IMG/VR virus record: IMGVR_UViG_3300017766_002297
Span: 1-39,069 of that record
DNA length: 39,069 nucleotides
Reading direction: 5' to 3' (one strand)
From: a virus
Lineage: Duplodnaviria; Caudoviricetes
Shown: positions 9,277-18,405 of the stretch, in pieces
How the letters are laid out: the number at the start of each line of letters is the position of its first letter
Numbering within the stretch: position 1 is the first letter of the stretch
Translations under genes and position numbers: made by a program
Notes under the pieces: model-generated
What the model was told of the DNA's origin: nothing
What the model saw: only the letters and a program-made list of their open reading frames with translations
The model's database searches: none

Positions 9277-9284
9277 TATATTTG
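9277..9284 (+). promoter_or_regulatory. -7 promoter box giving a near-leaderless transcript
   Basis: TATATTTG 5 nt before ATG 9290. Confidence 0.6.
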
Positions 9285-9289
9285 AACTT

Positions 9290-9523
9290 ATGAAAAAAAT
9301 AATCCCAATATTATTAATCCTAACAAGTTGCAACCCCGAACCAGTAGCAAACAAAGACTGCGGATGTTTTAAATTTATTTACAAAGAACATCAAGGACGC
9401 CCAAAACAATTTCTATTTAAAGAGAAAGCAAGTCAGGACAATTGCGATAATTGGAATTTAGGAGACGATACAAAGACCGATGAAAATGGTTATGTTTTTA
9501 ATTTTAAAGAAGTTTGTCAATAA
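9290..9523 (+). CDS. Small Cys-rich lipoprotein
   Basis: MKKIIPILLILTSC signal peptide with lipobox; four further Cys in the mature part. Confidence 0.75.
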   Translation: MKKIIPILLILTSCNPEPVANKDCGCFKFIYKEHQGRPKQFLFKEKASQDNCDNWNLGDDTKTDENGYVFNFKEVCQ

Positions 9524-10063
9524 ATGGATAATGTATTAACCGATAAGCAAGAGCAGTATTGCCAAAATTACGTTGTTTGTATGAATCAATCAACGGCTTA
9601 TCGTATTGCGTATGATGCCGAAGCTATGAACGCAAATAGCGTTGCAAGAGAGGCTTGTTTGCTTCATTCTAACCCCAATATAACCCAAAGAATAAAAGAA
9701 CTACAAGCAGAGGCTTACGAACGTAATAAAGCTACTATTGATGAACTTGTAAACGTTCTTTCTGGTATGGTTCGTTTTGATATTGCAGACCTTTACGATG
9801 ATAACGGAAACCTATTGCCAATTAAAGAAATGCCGTTAATAGCAAGGCAAATGATTTCGGAGTTGTCAAGCGATGAAATTAAAATGGGCGGTGCTTCAAT
9901 TGGCGAAACAAAAAAAGTGAAAACAATAGCTAAACTTGATGCAGTTGAAAAATTAATGAAGCACTTAGGCGGTTATGAAAAAGACAATTTTCAGAAAAGT
10001 AAAGAATCACTTTCCCCTAACATAAAAGTTACCATCGTTAAATCTAATTCCGACGATGAGTAA
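9524..10063 (+). CDS. terS: Terminase small subunit
   Basis: LTDKQE.YC..Y...NQSTAYR.AY HTH and KLDAVEKL.KHLG; lies upstream of TerL. Confidence 0.9.
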   Translation: MDNVLTDKQEQYCQNYVVCMNQSTAYRIAYDAEAMNANSVAREACLLHSNPNITQRIKELQAEAYERNKATIDELVNVLSGMVRFDIADLYDDNGNLLPIKEMPLIARQMISELSSDEIKMGGASIGETKKVKTIAKLDAVEKLMKHLGGYEKDNFQKSKESLSPNIKVTIVKSNSDDE

Positions 10064-11459
10064 TGAAATTAATTTCTTAGCTACTAAAGTTTTTGAAGAT
10101 ACGTGGGAAGCTACTCAAAGTGGAACGTATAAACTTATTGAGCAAAAAGGAAGTTCAAGGAGTTCAAAAACGTGGTCAGATTTTCAAGTTATATTTTTAG
10201 ACCTTTACGAAAACCCAATGACAACGTGTACTATTTTACGAGATACTCAAAAGAGTTGCCGTGAGATTATAGAAGTTGATTGGGTTAAATGGTTAAGTGA
10301 CCCAATGGGGCGCAAAAAACAACTTGAAAAAAAAGAAATATCAGTACAAGAGTTTGACCAATTCATTAAAAAAGAATCACTAATAAAATATTTTATAAGG
10401 AACAAAACTAACCATACGTGGACTTTCTTACATAATAACTCTTTTATTCGATTTACGGGATTGGATGATGAAGATGATGCAATGGGTATGACCCAAGATA
10501 TTTGTTGGATAAACGAGCCTTATAATTTCAGTCACGAGGTTTATAAACAATTATCCCAAAGAACATCTAAATATATTATTTTCGATTGGAATCCAAAACA
10601 AAACCATTGGATTGATATTGAGCGTAAAAAAGATAATACAATCACACTTCATTCAACTTACAAAGACAATCCGTTTTGTCCTATTGAAAGTAAAATCCAA
10701 ATTGAAAGCTATCAACCATTAGAACAATGCGAAGTAGTTTTGAATGGTCAAATATTACTATCGGAACTTTATAACTACAATTTAGAAACTAATAATTTAG
10801 AATTCACTAATAGACAAATAAAAGAAATTAAGCGATGTTTGTATAATGAACAAACAGAAAGCGCAAGTTTGTACCATTATTTAGTTTATGGCAAAGGGGA
10901 GAAGTCAGAAAAGCCAAACCGAATATTTAAAGGTTGGCGAACAATGACTGAAAGAGAATTTTTTGATTTACCGTATCAAAGTTATTACGCAACCGATTTT
11001 GGACTTTCAGCACCGACTGCTAATATTGAATTTAAATTCGACGGAGATAAAACATTTTTCTTTCATCAAAGATTATATAAACCAATGAATTTAATGCAAG
11101 GTAGTTTGTCTACTGAATTTGATAATTTAGGAACTATTAAATCTAAGGAAAATATTTGTGATAGTGGTAACGAATTGAATAAAGCAGAGGGCACAAAACT
11201 ACGAAACAACGGTTATAATGTTATTTTTGCACAAAAAGGACACGGGAGTATTAATGCTGGTATTGAAACACTACAAAAGTGTAATATATACTATACTGCA
11301 ACCTCAACCGATTTAGAACAAGAGTATGATAATTATAGTTGGAAGATTTATCAGGGCATTCAATTAGATGTACCCGAAGATAATTGCAACGACCACGCTT
11401 TAGATTGTTGTCGTATGGGAGTAAGTTGGTACGTTAAAACTCGTAGATTGTCGATATAA
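10056..11459 (+). CDS. terL: Terminase large subunit (PBSX/SPP1-like)
   Basis: GSSRSSKT Walker A, WINE Walker B, DWNP, STYKDNPF, DFG and NDHALD nuclease motifs. Confidence 0.93.
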   Translation: MSNEINFLATKVFEDTWEATQSGTYKLIEQKGSSRSSKTWSDFQVIFLDLYENPMTTCTILRDTQKSCREIIEVDWVKWLSDPMGRKKQLEKKEISVQEFDQFIKKESLIKYFIRNKTNHTWTFLHNNSFIRFTGLDDEDDAMGMTQDICWINEPYNFSHEVYKQLSQRTSKYIIFDWNPKQNHWIDIERKKDNTITLHSTYKDNPFCPIESKIQIESYQPLEQCEVVLNGQILLSELYNYNLETNNLEFTNRQIKEIKRCLYNEQTESASLYHYLVYGKGEKSEKPNRIFKGWRTMTEREFFDLPYQSYYATDFGLSAPTANIEFKFDGDKTFFFHQRLYKPMNLMQGSLSTEFDNLGTIKSKENICDSGNELNKAEGTKLRNNGYNVIFAQKGHGSINAGIETLQKCNIYYTATSTDLEQEYDNYSWKIYQGIQLDVPEDNCNDHALDCCRMGVSWYVKTRRLSI

Positions 11460-11493
11460 ATTGTATATTTGTTTAACTAAAAAATAATTGATT

Positions 11494-11685
11494 ATGAAAC
11501 CATTATCAAACAACCCTAAAGATTGGATAAAAGCATTTAGTTATATTTTAGTGTTTTTATTTGGTTTCTGTTCGTTCGGATATAAAGAGTCTTTTTATGG
11601 ATTATCATTAATTTTATTAATAGCTTGTGTGTTCGGTTATATGGTATTTGACGTTATTAATAAAATAATCCATTATTTTAATTAA
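11494..11685 (+). CDS. Small 2-TM membrane protein (moron-like)
   Basis: Own promoter TATATTTG at 11464-11471; two hydrophobic segments; ATG 11494 preferred. Confidence 0.7.
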   Translation: MKPLSNNPKDWIKAFSYILVFLFGFCSFGYKESFYGLSLILLIACVFGYMVFDVINKIIHYFN

Positions 11686-11702
11686 ATCTAAATAATAATT
11701 TA

Positions 11703-11815
11703 TATATTTGTTGCAATTAATCAATGTGAAGATGCATTGGACTAAGCAAATGAACGTAAACACACAATTTAAAATCAAAGTCTTAACTTATTAATTTAGG
11801 TTAGGACTTTTTTTG
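11703..11815 (+). promoter_or_regulatory. Promoter plus structured leader ending in a terminator, before the portal gene
   Basis: TATATTTG 11703-11710; hairpin CAATG-TGAAGATG-CATTG; terminator AAAGTCTTAACTTA..TAGGTTAGGACTTT followed by a T run. Confidence 0.7.
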
Positions 11816-11819
11816 TTAT

Positions 11820-13022
11820 ATGGTAATAAAATTATTTAATAGACCAGTATTTAGTGTTGAGCGCAATAGAGCGGGTCAATTTACCTATACTTTTTTAGAT
11901 GGGGGTAATGATTTTGTAAACTCCGATAAGTATTTAGCAATGTCGTTGGATAACCCAGTGTTAATGACTATTTGCGCTATTAGGTCAATAGTTTACGCTC
12001 AAATGGAAATTAAACACGTCGATAGTAAAGGCAAGGTAATTGAAAATAGTCCGATTGTAAAACTATTAAAAACGCCTAATTACTTTCAAAGCCAAAACGA
12101 CTTCTTTTACCAGCAAATGTGGTTTTTATCAACGAGCGGAACAAATTTAATATACCAACAAAAAGCGTTTCAAAATGAGTTACCCAAATCAATTTACAAT
12201 CTTATACCGAGTGAAATAGATTTAAACAACGCTTATAAGATTAATAAATTTATTACCACGTTAGCAGAGAAAAAAGCATTTGGAGAAAGAACAATTAAGT
12301 ATAAATTAGACAATACAGAGTACAATTTAAAACTATCTGAGATTATTCCGCTTTATGATTTATCAAACGGATTGACTAATAATAGTTTTTTTACATCACC
12401 GAGCCGTGTTAAAGGAATTTCAAAAGTGTTGCAAAATATTGATGAGAATTTAAGTTCTAAAAACATGAACTTAAAAATGTCTCGTAAATATTTAATTCAG
12501 AATAAAAGCGATGGCAACGAGGCGCAATTACAAGACCCCGACCGAAAAGATATTTATAGTAAAATAGAACGCAATAGCGCAATCATAACAAACAATAACA
12601 TCGATGCACGTCATTTAGTTGCTGATATGAAGAAATTGTTTTTGGATGAGCAATTTGCTGATGATGCTAACAAGTGTCTTTTAGCGTTTGAAATGAATAA
12701 AAACATACTTAACTACTTTGCAAAGGATTCAACGTTTGAGAATCAGAATCAAGGGTTAATTAGTTGGGTACAAAATTCAATTCAAACAACGGCCACAAAC
12801 ACAATGAACTCACTTAGCCAACAATGGGGATTATTTGAGAAAGGCGAAAAGTTAATAGCAAGTTATGATCATTTGGCGTTTATGCAACCCGTGTTAAATC
12901 AAAAGTTAACATCATTCAAAGAGTTGCAAGAGGTTATCAAGTTGGGTAAAGAGAATTTAACTATTACTAATGAAGAAGCGGTTAAAATGAGTAATGAATT
13001 TAAAATGAAGATAGGATTATGA
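11820..13022 (+). CDS. Portal protein
   Basis: 400 aa after TerL; LLKTPNYFQS..DF and G....Y patterns of HK97-like portals. Confidence 0.88.
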   Translation: MVIKLFNRPVFSVERNRAGQFTYTFLDGGNDFVNSDKYLAMSLDNPVLMTICAIRSIVYAQMEIKHVDSKGKVIENSPIVKLLKTPNYFQSQNDFFYQQMWFLSTSGTNLIYQQKAFQNELPKSIYNLIPSEIDLNNAYKINKFITTLAEKKAFGERTIKYKLDNTEYNLKLSEIIPLYDLSNGLTNNSFFTSPSRVKGISKVLQNIDENLSSKNMNLKMSRKYLIQNKSDGNEAQLQDPDRKDIYSKIERNSAIITNNNIDARHLVADMKKLFLDEQFADDANKCLLAFEMNKNILNYFAKDSTFENQNQGLISWVQNSIQTTATNTMNSLSQQWGLFEKGEKLIASYDHLAFMQPVLNQKLTSFKELQEVIKLGKENLTITNEEAVKMSNEFKMKIGL

Positions 13023-13147
13023 GTACTAAACTTACATTAAACGAAATAAATAAACAACTTGAGAAAAAGGATTTAAACCCTAAACTTAAAGAAAGTTTAT
13101 TGAGCAAAAAAGAAATATTGTCGAAGGATAAAACCGTAAACAAATGA
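13019..13147 (+). CDS. Small basic protein (42 aa, not in ORF track)
   Basis: MSTKLTLNEINKQLEKK...; ATGA overlaps at both ends. Confidence 0.7.
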   Translation: MSTKLTLNEINKQLEKKDLNPKLKESLLSKKEILSKDKTVNK

Positions 13148-13974
13148 TACAAGTAGCAGAATTTCCAAATCAAGAGTTCGCAGATAAATCCGAACTATTC
13201 AAGGCATTAACCGACCATAAAAAAGAACTTATTTCTTTAAAGAAGTCAGTTACTAAAAATGCAGATGCGGTTAGTTATGGTTATGTCGAAACGGTATCAA
13301 AAAACAACGTTGACAAAGCAATTGCATCATCGGAATTACCCGATACATTAGATGTAAAAGTTGTTATTAATACTACTAACTTTTTAGATTCTCACGGCGA
13401 TCTACATATTAACGGGATTTGGAATAAATCAGTAAGCGATAACAAAACATTTTTACACCTACAAGAACACAACAGAGATTTCGGACACGTTATAACTGAT
13501 AACGCAAAAGGTAGTGTTGAGGTAATGACGTGGAAAAAATTAGGTTTACCATACGAGGGCAAAACCGAAGCGTTAATTTTTGAAAGTACTATTGATCGTT
13601 TACGTAATGGTTTTATGTTAAAGCAATACGCTAATGGATGGGTTAAAAATCATTCAGTCGGGATGCGTTACGTTAATATTGAATTAGCGATTAATTCAGA
13701 GGCCGATTACGATAGAGAATACAAAGAGTTATGGGATAAATATTACCCCGTTGTAGCTAACAAAGAATTAGCTGATGAACGTGGTTATATGTGGATTGTA
13801 ACCGAAGCAAAGATAATTGAGGGTAGTGCAGTAGTAATGGGAAGTAATTCCGCTACGCCTACATTAGAAAATAAAGAAGAGCCGTTGGATAACACTCTTG
13901 AAAACGAAGCCGATAAATCACTTCAAACGGAGAAACAAAAAGAAATGTTACAGAAATTATTAAACAAATTTTAA
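13144..13974 (+). CDS. Prohead protease (HK97-like)
   Basis: DSHGD, HLQEH, NHSVGM and EGSAV..GSN..TP motifs; between portal and capsid genes. Confidence 0.85.
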   Translation: MIQVAEFPNQEFADKSELFKALTDHKKELISLKKSVTKNADAVSYGYVETVSKNNVDKAIASSELPDTLDVKVVINTTNFLDSHGDLHINGIWNKSVSDNKTFLHLQEHNRDFGHVITDNAKGSVEVMTWKKLGLPYEGKTEALIFESTIDRLRNGFMLKQYANGWVKNHSVGMRYVNIELAINSEADYDREYKELWDKYYPVVANKELADERGYMWIVTEAKIIEGSAVVMGSNSATPTLENKEEPLDNTLENEADKSLQTEKQKEMLQKLLNKF

Positions 13975-13977
13975 AAA

Positions 13978-15159
13978 ATGGATGATTTAATCAAACAATT
14001 AGGCGAAAAAATAGACCTAATGAAAACAGAATCAGTTTCAAAAGCAGAACTTATTGAAATTATGTCAAAAGTTCAGCAGTTAGAAACCGACGGAGCAGAG
14101 GTTAAAACCTTAAAAGAAAACATCGAAGAAGTGGCTTTGAAAGTTTTACAATTGGAAACAAAAGGAATTCCAAGCGATACTCCCGAAAATCTACAAACGT
14201 TATTAACTGAAAAAGCAGACGAACTTAAGGCAATGAAAGAGAAATCGGGCGCAAGCGTTCAGATTACTTTGAAAGCAGCGGGAACAATGGCTTTATCAAC
14301 AAACACAACGGGACAGATACCACAAGCGGAAAGAGAAGCGGGTATTACTCGAATTGTAAGACGTAATCCCTTCATTCTTGAATTAGTTAACGTTGGCACA
14401 ATTATGTCAAACGTTTGGGAGTGGGTTGAACAAAAAAATGCAGATGGTGGAGCAGCAATGACCGCAGAGGGCGCAGCAAAATCACAAGCCGATTTCGATT
14501 TAGTAGTTGCAAGTGCTAACGTTAAAAAAGTAACCGCTTATATTAAAGTTACAAAAGAAATGTTAGACGATGTTCAATTGATGCGTTCGGAAATTGACCA
14601 AGAGTTGACCGAATTAATAAACTTGAAAATTGATGACCAATTATTGAATGGTACGGGTTTAACAGTTAATTTAACGGGTATCGTTACAAACGCTACGGCA
14701 TGGGCTGCGGGTGCATTTGCATTAGCTATTCCAACACCTACAAAATGGGACGTTTTAAGAACTGCAATTAACCAAGTACGTGTTAATTTGTTTGAACCTA
14801 CTTATATTGTTATGCACCCAACCGATGTTACAAGTATGGAGTTATCAAAAGATAGCACGGGACAATACATTATGCCGCCATTCGCAGCGGTTGATGGTTC
14901 GATCGTAAGTGGTATTCGTGTTGTTGCAAACACGGGGGTAACTATTGATAAATTCTTAGTTGGCGACTTCTCAAAAGCAGGTGTTCGATTCAAAGAGGGA
15001 TTGACTATCAATGTAGGTTACGAAAACGACGATTTTACTAAAAACTTAGTAACTATCTTAGCTGAGGCAAGATTAGTACAAAGAGTAAAATCTAACCATT
15101 ACGGTGCGTTTGTTTATGGAGATTTTAGCGACGCTATTACTGCATTAACCAAAGCATAA
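13978..15159 (+). CDS. Major capsid protein, HK97 fold
   Basis: Coiled-coil delta domain, AEGAAK, VTKEMLDD, LLNGTG, MHPTD, GDF, FTKNLVTILAEAR. Confidence 0.95.
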   Translation: MDDLIKQLGEKIDLMKTESVSKAELIEIMSKVQQLETDGAEVKTLKENIEEVALKVLQLETKGIPSDTPENLQTLLTEKADELKAMKEKSGASVQITLKAAGTMALSTNTTGQIPQAEREAGITRIVRRNPFILELVNVGTIMSNVWEWVEQKNADGGAAMTAEGAAKSQADFDLVVASANVKKVTAYIKVTKEMLDDVQLMRSEIDQELTELINLKIDDQLLNGTGLTVNLTGIVTNATAWAAGAFALAIPTPTKWDVLRTAINQVRVNLFEPTYIVMHPTDVTSMELSKDSTGQYIMPPFAAVDGSIVSGIRVVANTGVTIDKFLVGDFSKAGVRFKEGLTINVGYENDDFTKNLVTILAEARLVQRVKSNHYGAFVYGDFSDAITALTKA

Positions 15160-15163
15160 TTTT

Positions 15164-15289
15164 ATGGGACATTGGGAAGATACAACCGTTGAGATTGAAT
15201 ACAACGGGAAGAAAACAAGAGTAGCGAGAGAAGACGCTCACTTGTACGAAAGTAAAAAACCAAAAAAAGAAGCTAAAACCGAAAAATAA
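15164..15289 (+). CDS. Small protein after the capsid gene (41 aa, not in ORF track)
   Basis: MGHWEDTTVEIEYNGKKTRV...; TAATG coupling to the next gene. Confidence 0.7.
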   Translation: MGHWEDTTVEIEYNGKKTRVAREDAHLYESKKPKKEAKTEK

Positions 15290-15930
15290 TGCCAAACATA
15301 ACAACGATAACGCAGTTTCAAAAAGCAAATGAGTTAAACATTCCTTTGAGTACACCCGTACCGAATTCGAGTGCAACAATAGCAACACCGAATAATTCAA
15401 GTGCTTTAACTTTGCTTATTACCAAAACTGAAAAATCGGTGTTACTTAATGCATTAGGTTTAGCAACTTATAACACACTTCAATTAGCGTTAGCGGATAT
15501 AGATAATCCGCTATACGCTTCTTATAAAAAATTAGTTCAAGGTGATGAGTACGATGGTAAAGTTTGGAATGGTTTAGATTACGATTACGGCCTATTACAA
15601 AACAGAGTATTTGAGATATTCGTTACTGAAACTAACAGCAGATTGTCAGCAGTTGGCGATGCAAAAGTTAATCCACAAGGCGCAAATTTACATACACCCG
15701 CTTATAAAATAGCGAATGCAAATGCTGGCTTTATCAAACAATATCAAGACGGTTATTTAACCTCTCCAATAGTTTACAACGATGGAGAATTTATAGATTG
15801 GTTTGGTTGTAATGATGAAGTTGAAGTTTCGCTATATCGGTATTTAATCGATAAAAAAGCGGATTTTGTAGATTGGTCAGAGGAAAACTTTAAGGCGTTG
15901 TATGACACTAAAAACTCATTTGGAATATGA
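15289..15930 (+). CDS. Head-tail connector/adaptor (putative)
   Basis: Position after the capsid gene and size. Confidence 0.6.
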   Translation: MPNITTITQFQKANELNIPLSTPVPNSSATIATPNNSSALTLLITKTEKSVLLNALGLATYNTLQLALADIDNPLYASYKKLVQGDEYDGKVWNGLDYDYGLLQNRVFEIFVTETNSRLSAVGDAKVNPQGANLHTPAYKIANANAGFIKQYQDGYLTSPIVYNDGEFIDWFGCNDEVEVSLYRYLIDKKADFVDWSEENFKALYDTKNSFGI

Positions 15931-16460
15931 TAGTTTTTGAGGAGCAATTAGAAAGAATAGTTAATATTTTACCATCGATTACCGATGCAACTTCGGTTGT
16001 GTTTCCAATGAATTATAATTGGGGTACGATTGAAGTATTAAACAAATTCTTACTATTACCATCAGAGCAGTCAAAATACCCGTTAATTTGGTTAGTCACG
16101 GGATCGGATAGAAACGATAAACGAGAGCCGAGCGTAACACGAAAATCAAGGATTATAATTGCAACACGCTCGTTAAACGTTAATGAGTTAAACCCGTTCC
16201 AATACCAAAATGATTTTAAGGTTATTTTACAACCAATAGCAGACAATCTACTCAAAGCATTACAATTAAGCGGAATCAGTCGTTATGATGATAGAGATTT
16301 TACAAGCGAAAGAGTACCGAATTATTCGGTAACTTATCGTGAAAACCAAGACGATAAAACAAAAACGAACCAGATTGATATTTGGAACGCAATTGTTTTA
16401 GATATTGATTTAACTTTCTACAATATAACGAACTGCATCCAAACAAACATTTTTAATTAA
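15927..16460 (+). CDS. Neck / tail terminator protein (putative)
   Basis: YPLIWL motif; directly before the tail tube gene. Confidence 0.6.
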   Translation: MIVFEEQLERIVNILPSITDATSVVFPMNYNWGTIEVLNKFLLLPSEQSKYPLIWLVTGSDRNDKREPSVTRKSRIIIATRSLNVNELNPFQYQNDFKVILQPIADNLLKALQLSGISRYDDRDFTSERVPNYSVTYRENQDDKTKTNQIDIWNAIVLDIDLTFYNITNCIQTNIFN

Positions 16461-16477
16461 ATAAAAAAAAAGAAAAT

Positions 16478-17401
16478 ATGGCAGTTTTAATAAATCAGAA
16501 AGATTGCACTACTTTGATTAAGAACTTAGGTGTTCCCGATTGTTTAGTAGAAAACGGCAGAATTACGGGTATGATTGCGGTTGACCCATCATGGAGCATC
16601 GATATTACAACCGATACATTCGACCAAACGGTTGTAAATGGATTAATCCAAGACGGTACTTTTGTGCCCGTTATGGGAGCGGTTGAGGTTGTGAACGGAA
16701 CACCCGAAGCAACAACAGAGGAGTATCAAGGCGGTATTATGTCAGTTGTACGCAACGGACTTGTAATGCTAACCTATAAATTCCTTAAAGGATGGGCGTA
16801 TGCACGTGCATTGTACTCAATGAATAGTTTTCAACAATATAGCATTTTGCTTGTGTTTGAAGATGGTAGTATTTCGGGCGCAATTGACGGAAATACTTTC
16901 AGCGGGTATTCAACTGGAATGTTCAACACGGGTACATTCATGCACACGGATGGTGCAGTAAGCGGATATTCAAATACGGTTATCCAACTTACAAGCCAAA
17001 CCGAATACAACCTTAACACGGCAGTTTTAGACCGTTCAACTATTGGCTTTGATGCAAACAAATTGCAACCTATTACCGATATTGTAATGACAGGTAGAGC
17101 GGATGTATCAGAGGCAAAAGTTTACTTCAAAGCAAAATTTGCTATGAATCAATCAAGTAATTTGTTAGGGATTGCTATTGCAAACCTACGATTTACTATT
17201 GATGGAGTAGTTGACACTATTACGACTTTATCTTTAGCGTACAACACAACCACAGAGGAGTGGAGTTTTACACCAACAACGGCAATTACTACAGGTGATG
17301 CGTTGGTTGTTTCTCTTACAAGTGTAGCGGTTGCAGATGTAGCTCAAATAGGTAACAGATACTACAAAGGAACTACGAGCGCAATTACACCTGTAGCGTA
17401 G
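16478..17401 (+). CDS. Major tail (tube) protein
   Basis: 307-aa Thr/Gly-rich beta protein with Ig-like C-terminus, followed by a strong terminator. Confidence 0.75.
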   Translation: MAVLINQKDCTTLIKNLGVPDCLVENGRITGMIAVDPSWSIDITTDTFDQTVVNGLIQDGTFVPVMGAVEVVNGTPEATTEEYQGGIMSVVRNGLVMLTYKFLKGWAYARALYSMNSFQQYSILLVFEDGSISGAIDGNTFSGYSTGMFNTGTFMHTDGAVSGYSNTVIQLTSQTEYNLNTAVLDRSTIGFDANKLQPITDIVMTGRADVSEAKVYFKAKFAMNQSSNLLGIAIANLRFTIDGVVDTITTLSLAYNTTTEEWSFTPTTAITTGDALVVSLTSVAVADVAQIGNRYYKGTTSAITPVA

Positions 17402-17423
17402 TTATTTAGAATCATTAAAAATT

Positions 17424-17453
17424 AATCCTTATTAGAAATAGTAAGGATTTTTT
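17424..17453 (+). terminator. Intrinsic terminator after the tail tube gene
   Basis: AATCCTTATT...AGTAAGGATT followed by a T run. Confidence 0.85.
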
Positions 17454-17467
17454 GTTTAATTTTGGGT

Positions 17468-17680
17468 ATGACAGAACGAGAAAAAATATTACATTATTTA
17501 CATATTAATTTTAAATGGCATAATAACGAGTATATTCACTCAACAAGTATTAGTGTATTTATTGATTGTGAAGAACCTTATATTATTGAATCTAATAAAA
17601 ATGAATCAGCTACTTTTAAAACTTTATTAGGATTGAAAAGGCATTTTAATAGATTTATATTAAAATACTATAATAATTAA
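17468..17680 (+). CDS. Hypothetical moron protein
   Basis: Very AT-rich; -7 box TAATTTTG at 17457-17464 just before ATG 17468. Confidence 0.6.
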   Translation: MTEREKILHYLHINFKWHNNEYIHSTSISVFIDCEEPYIIESNKNESATFKTLLGLKRHFNRFILKYYNN

Positions 17681-17690
17681 ATTAATTCAC

Positions 17691-17746
17691 TATATTTGTC
17701 ACTAACAAGGATGTAATGCAACTCTAACACAAGGGTTGCATTTTTT
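17691..17746 (+). promoter_or_regulatory. Promoter plus short leader with terminator hairpin
   Basis: TATATTTG 17691-17698; AATGCAACTC-loop-GGGTTGCATT followed by Ts. Confidence 0.65.
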
Positions 17747-17759
17747 AATTTATAGTAGT

Positions 17760-18068
17760 ATGGAAATATTCGGACGGCACATATACGGAGCAGATGCGGA
17801 GCAATTTCGCAACCTGTCAAAAGAGGCTAAAAAAAAATGGATTTTAAAATACACGACACAACGTAACGAAGTTATTATTGAGGACTTTGTTAGCAATCCA
17901 ATAAATAAAAAAGATTGCGGATGCGGTTGTGGTGGTAATAAGCAAGTAAATGAGAGTATCAGCAAAACAATATCAAAAGAACCTACAATCAGTAATGAAA
18001 ATATCGTTTCTAAGGGAGTTAGTAAACGAAGAACTAATAAAGGACGAAGCAACCCTAAAAAATCTTAA
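17760..18068 (+). CDS. Hypothetical tail-region protein with CGCGCGG motif
   Basis: ATG 17760 after the leader; last 119 nt overlap the next gene. Confidence 0.6.
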   Translation: MEIFGRHIYGADAEQFRNLSKEAKKKWILKYTTQRNEVIIEDFVSNPINKKDCGCGCGGNKQVNESISKTISKEPTISNENIVSKGVSKRRTNKGRSNPKKS

Positions 18069-18405
18069 AGAGCAAGATTTTTTGGAAGGTGATATATACG
18101 GCGATGGTACAAGGCAAGTTTATGAAAATAGGGATTATTCCTTATTTAAAGAGCGTTTAAATCCTTTGGCGGGTGGTTCAGTCGATTTAATTGTAACGGG
18201 CGCCTTTGTTGATGCAATGTACTTATTAAAACCAAGAGGTAATAAATACAGATTTGGAAACCGTGACAAGAAACGTAATATTTTGAAATTAATGTACGGG
18301 GATAATATTTTCGGTTTAAATCAAGCCGTATTCGCTAAATACCAAAAGGAAATAATCGCACCGAGATTTATTAGAAAGTTAAAAAGTTATGCCAAAATTT
18401 CATAG
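17950..18405 (+). CDS. Tail completion / virion morphogenesis protein (putative)
   Basis: VDLIVTGAF resembles the L..TG motif of HK97 gp10-like neck proteins. Confidence 0.55.
   Translation: MRVSAKQYQKNLQSVMKISFLRELVNEELIKDEATLKNLKEQDFLEGDIYGDGTRQVYENRDYSLFKERLNPLAGGSVDLIVTGAFVDAMYLLKPRGNKYRFGNRDKKRNILKLMYGDNIFGLNQAVFAKYQKEIIAPRFIRKLKSYAKIS

Noticed and set aside
11715-11796. Third loop-loop pair (AATTAAT / ATTAATT) in the portal leader
   Set aside because: It is all A/T and nearly self-complementary, so it cannot be told from chance.
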